DNA of 64,000 bases from Gammaproteobacteria bacterium. GTDB lineage: Bacteria > Pseudomonadota > Gammaproteobacteria > GCA-001735895. Every line of letters begins with the position of its first letter. Position 1 is the stretch's first letter. The position numbers were made by a program, and so were the translations under genes. This document shows, piece after piece, positions 61,425 through 64,000 of the stretch. The stretch is from positions 160,001-224,000 of the forward strand of contig JBNKUM010000094.1 of the NCBI GenBank assembly GCA_050298595.1. The letters run 5' to 3'. The notes under the pieces are model-generated. The model worked only from the letters and a program-made list of their open reading frames with translations, was not told the DNA's origin and did not search any database.

Positions 61425-62283
61425 ATAAGCCGGACATCCAGTGTAGTCGGCAGTGTCATCAGACCGCGTGAGGTCTTTACGATAATTGATGGCGACATCG
61501 AAAAAGGGGGAATGCCTGCATACCCTCGCCGGGGCAACTCGGTCGATTTACGCAAGCCCAGTCCTCTACGTCTTCGGGTCGCTCGGAGATACTGATAAAG
61601 GGATGCATGGTAATTAAGGATGCCGGGCGGCTAAAACCGTGGTATTCGAATGTTTTCGTGACTGTTAACGCCATGGGTCAACATCTCGTTTCAGGAGGGA
61701 TGAAGGGTGCACTTTTAGTCCGAGCCGTCAGGTTAGGGCGTTAGTGAAGTTTGAAGGGTGAGGGCAGTGGCCCAGATCCTGAAAAACGGTCAAGTAGCGG
61801 GATACGTGAAAGACATGGGGTGTGTGGCATTTTTGTCCTCAAAAGGGACTGGAACCACCGGAGTACGCACATCCTGGCAGGTTGTTGAAATAGCTCAACT
61901 GGTAGAGCAATTACCTCTTAAGTAATGGGTTTCAGGTTCAATTCCTGATTTCAAGGCAAACAGAAAATGGAAAGACGTACTCCAGCGTTAAGTGAAAGTG
62001 ACCTAAGTCTCGGCAGCTTGCTGAACCGAGAAGGGTTTGAGGCCCCAAGCCAATAACCCGGGTACCGAATCGCATCAATGGGCCGGACAGCTCAGAGAGT
62101 AGATGAAGTGCCGAGTAGCTTAGCGGTATGTAGGTATTGCCACCTACTCAAACAAGGCGGTTACGAAGGTTTACCATGATGCCAAGAAAGGGGGCATGGT
62201 GGATAAGCTGGGAAACAGCGGGTGGAACCGACTGATAATCCAGTGAAAGGATCTTCATAGAGGCTGTAATCTCAGGCCTTATT
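61425..62283 (+). ncRNA. Probable GOLLD-type large structured RNA with an embedded tRNA
   Basis: About 860 nt without a credible sense ORF, inside a tRNA array; 5' GCCGGACATCCAGTGTAGTCGGC and 3' CGAGTAG...TCAAA...GTGGATAAG...ATAATCC...GCTGTAATCTCAGGC resemble GOLLD ends from memory; boundaries approximate. Confidence 0.62.
61884..61956 (+). tRNA. tRNA-Lys(CTT)-like domain inside the large RNA
   Basis: Perfect D, anticodon (CTCTTAA) and T arms; 1:72 G-G mismatch; no CCA. Confidence 0.75.
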
Positions 62284-62285
62284 CT

Positions 62286-62361
62286 TCCCTGATGGCGTAA
62301 ATGGTGAACGTAGCTGACTGTTAATCAGAAGTTTCGGGTTCGAATCCTGATCGGGGAGCCA
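62286..62361 (+). tRNA. tRNA-Asn(GTT)
   Basis: Loop CTGTTAA, G73, CCA. Confidence 0.88.
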
Positions 62362-62367
62362 GATATT

Positions 62368-62451
62368 GGTTGTACTGAGCATTGGTGGGCTCACCTGGCT
62401 GTAACCCAGACTCCTCTGGACGTGATGGTTCGACTCCATCTGCAACCACCA
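62368..62451 (+). tRNA. tRNA-Tyr(GTA)
   Basis: Loop CTGTAAC, long variable arm, A73, CCA. Confidence 0.88.
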
Positions 62452-62565
62452 GACAAAAAAATCATGAGAGCAAACTGCAGACACTCTCGATATCGATTGA
62501 TAAAAGCGGCGTTGGCCGTGAATTATCCCCTGGCTAATTCCTGAAACGGCGAGGGTTAGATTTAT

Positions 62566-62642
62566 GCGTCCGTAGTATAACTGGATATTACACCGGACTT
62601 TTAATCCGGCTAATGCGAGTTCAACTCTTGCCGGACGTACCA
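62566..62642 (+). tRNA. tRNA-Lys(TTT)
   Basis: Loop CTTTTAA, CCA. Confidence 0.88.
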
Positions 62643-62648
62643 TTTTAT

Positions 62649-62723
62649 TGCTCTGTAGCTCAATGGTAGAGCCCCCGGCTGATAACCGGAAGGTAGTGGG
62701 GTCAGTACCCACCAGAGCAACCA
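62649..62723 (+). tRNA. tRNA-Ile(GAT), atypical T-loop
   Basis: Loop CTGATAA, T-loop GTCAGTA, CCA. Confidence 0.85.
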
Positions 62724-62798
62724 GTTTGTTATGTTCCCAGGCTCTGGACAAACGATATTCCTGCGAGCCAGGCTGCCCGACAATCGGGCTCAAATTAC

Positions 62799-62873
62799 AC
62801 TCCCGTGGATTAATGGTGAGATCGACAGACTTTCAATCTGTAGGTGAGGGTTCAATTCCCTTCGGGAGTACCA
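62799..62873 (+). tRNA. tRNA-Glu(TTC)
   Basis: Loop CTTTCAA, CCA. Confidence 0.88.
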
Positions 62874-62878
62874 GATAT

Positions 62879-62952
62879 GGGGTCATAGTTAAGTTTGGGC
62901 GAGTGCCTGTTTTACAAGTTGATTATTGCCAGTTCGATTCTGGCTGGCTCTA
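62879..62952 (+). pseudogene. Decayed tRNA with Ala-type body (G3:U70) and TAC anticodon
   Basis: Acceptor GGGGTCA/TGGCTCT, intact T arm, broken anticodon stem, CTG instead of CCA. Confidence 0.65.
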
Positions 62953-63091
62953 CTGAATGTGCCTACCTTGTTAGCTACAGGAAGGTCATCACACCACAGT
63001 CAGCACAGAGGGGGGCTGAATAGCAGCGAGGCTGCAAAACGGTGCGGTAAAAGTCCGAAGTTTCGTAACACAACAGTAACGGAGGTATCCA

Positions 63092-63262
63092 ATGAATCAC
63101 TATCGTAAATTTGAACGTGCAGTTCAGGATATGAATATCCCGAAAAACCGCAAGACTGCCAACCCAGCTAATGCGAGTTGGTTCTTAAGGTCAGGAGTAG
63201 CCTACAACCGTGATCACGACAAGATCATGACGGCGATATTCCATGCGCGCAATATTTCTTAA
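63092..63262 (+). CDS. Small protein (56 aa) inside the tRNA array
   Basis: GGAGG RBS; MNHYRKFERAVQDMNIPKNRKTANPANASWFLRSGVAYNRDHDKIMTAIFHARNIS. Confidence 0.7.
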   Translation: MNHYRKFERAVQDMNIPKNRKTANPANASWFLRSGVAYNRDHDKIMTAIFHARNIS

Positions 63263-63266
63263 CAAT

Positions 63267-63344
63267 GGTGGGTATAGCTCAGTGGGTAAGAGCGCCGGGT
63301 TGTGACCTCGGAGGTCATCGGTTCAAGTCCGATTATTCACCCCA
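63267..63344 (+). tRNA. tRNA-His(GTG)
   Basis: G-1, loop TTGTGAC, C73, CCA. Confidence 0.9.
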
Positions 63345-63410
63345 AACAAGGACTGCTTTAACTTCCCCCAGGGATTGGTGGATACAGACCCGGAGTTAAA
63401 GCACCAATTT

Positions 63411-63487
63411 ATCCTGATGGCCAAATTGAATAAGGCAGCGGTTTATGAAACTGGAGAATGCAGGTTTGACTCCTGCTCGGGATACCA
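63411..63487 (+). pseudogene. Atypical tRNA with ATG anticodon, probably decayed tRNA-Arg(ACG)
   Basis: Loop TTATGAA, Arg-like D-loop, T-loop TTTGACT, CCA. Confidence 0.65.
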
Positions 63488-63496
63488 AATCATTCT

Positions 63497-63573
63497 GCCG
63501 GGGTGATGGAATTGGCATACATGCTTGTCTTAGAAACAAGATTTTGCGGGTTCAAATCCCGCCCCCGGTACCA
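63497..63573 (+). tRNA. tRNA-Leu(TAG) with short variable loop
   Basis: Loop CTTAGAA, 5-nt variable loop ATTTT, A73, CCA. Confidence 0.88.
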
Positions 63574-63579
63574 GTTCAA

Positions 63580-63656
63580 TAGCGATTAACTCAGCTGGTT
63601 AGAGTGCCAACCTTACCAGTTGGATGTCGTGTGTTCGAATCACACATCGCTAACCA
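63580..63656 (+). tRNA. tRNA-Val(TAC)
   Basis: All stems paired, loop CTTACCA (C37 atypical), CCA. Confidence 0.82.
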
Positions 63657-63657
63657 C

Positions 63658-63734
63658 GGCAAAGTGGCTGAAATGAAAATGGCGCAAACCTCATAAGATT
63701 GAAAATGCCGATTTAATCCCGGCCTTTGCCTCCA
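63658..63734 (+). pseudogene. Degenerate tRNA-Met(CAT)
   Basis: Paired acceptor, loop CTCATAA, degraded D- and T-loops, CCA. Confidence 0.65.
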
Positions 63735-63740
63735 ATATTT

Positions 63741-63815
63741 AGCGAGATAGACCTAATGTTAGAGCACCGGGTTCATTTCCCCGAAGACCCGGTTTAGATT
63801 CAAAATTTCGCTCCC
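63741..63815 (+). pseudogene. Decayed initiator-type tRNA-Met(CAT)
   Basis: AGCGAGA/TTTCGCT acceptor, GGG/CCC anticodon stem, T arm destroyed. Confidence 0.55.
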
Positions 63816-63821
63816 GATTAT

Positions 63822-63899
63822 CTGGGTGTAGCTCAGTCTGGTCAGAGTTCTTGCCTTGGAAGCAAGATGCCGTTGGTTCGAATCCAACCACCCAGACCA
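63822..63899 (+). tRNA. tRNA-Pro(TGG)
   Basis: C1-G72, loop CTTGGAA, A73, CCA. Confidence 0.92.
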
Positions 63900-63904
63900 A
63901 ATAT

Positions 63905-63979
63905 GCGGATGTAGCTCAACGGTAGAGCATTGCCCTGTCAAGGCAGAGGTCGTGGGGTCAGTACCCATCATTCGCGCCA
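63905..63979 (+). tRNA. tRNA-Asp(GTC), atypical T-loop
   Basis: Loop CTGTCAA, T-loop GTCAGTA, G73, CCA. Confidence 0.88.
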
Positions 63980-64000
63980 GATTCTACGAAAGGAAAAGTC

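Noticed and set aside
62985-63050. Hammerhead ribozyme
   Set aside because: The core reads CTGAATA and AAAA instead of CUGANGA and GAAA, and stems I and III do not pair convincingly
61075-63971. ORF-track ORFs overlapping the tRNA/ncRNA array
   Set aside because: They are translations of tRNA and structured RNA sequence
59568-64000. Prophage immunity region
   Set aside because: No integrase, cro, replication or structural genes in the window; cannot be excluded beyond the edge

Overview
Chromosomal window from a gammaproteobacterium, probably marine, in three parts. (1) About 1-26 kb is mostly housekeeping: tatD, a glycine-betaine ABC transporter, hemH, a DnaA-box/IHF-site intergenic region, priA-argS-SPOR, an orphan TssB-TssC fusion, asmA-mutY, slyD, mscS, yrfG, nudE and amrS. 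(2) About 26-59.5 kb is an accessory region starting at tRNA-Phe. It has tRNA-derived tandem repeats, attC-like remnants, several fragments of a REP-associated tyrosine transposase (RAYT) with GGGGTCAG-type repeats at module borders, a duplicated secreted-protein gene, large lipoproteins, an fdsGBACD formate dehydrogenase operon, c-type cytochromes and an exosortase/VIT-vWA pair. (3) From 59.5 kb to the end is the most striking locus. An XRE regulator is divergent from a sigma70 promoter, followed by two tandem leader-peptide/attenuator modules, a boxB-boxA antitermination signal, a probable GOLLD-type large ncRNA with an embedded tRNA-Lys, a small ORF, and an array of 16 atypical or partly decayed tRNA genes that reaches the window edge. 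All calls are by eye; no database search was run.
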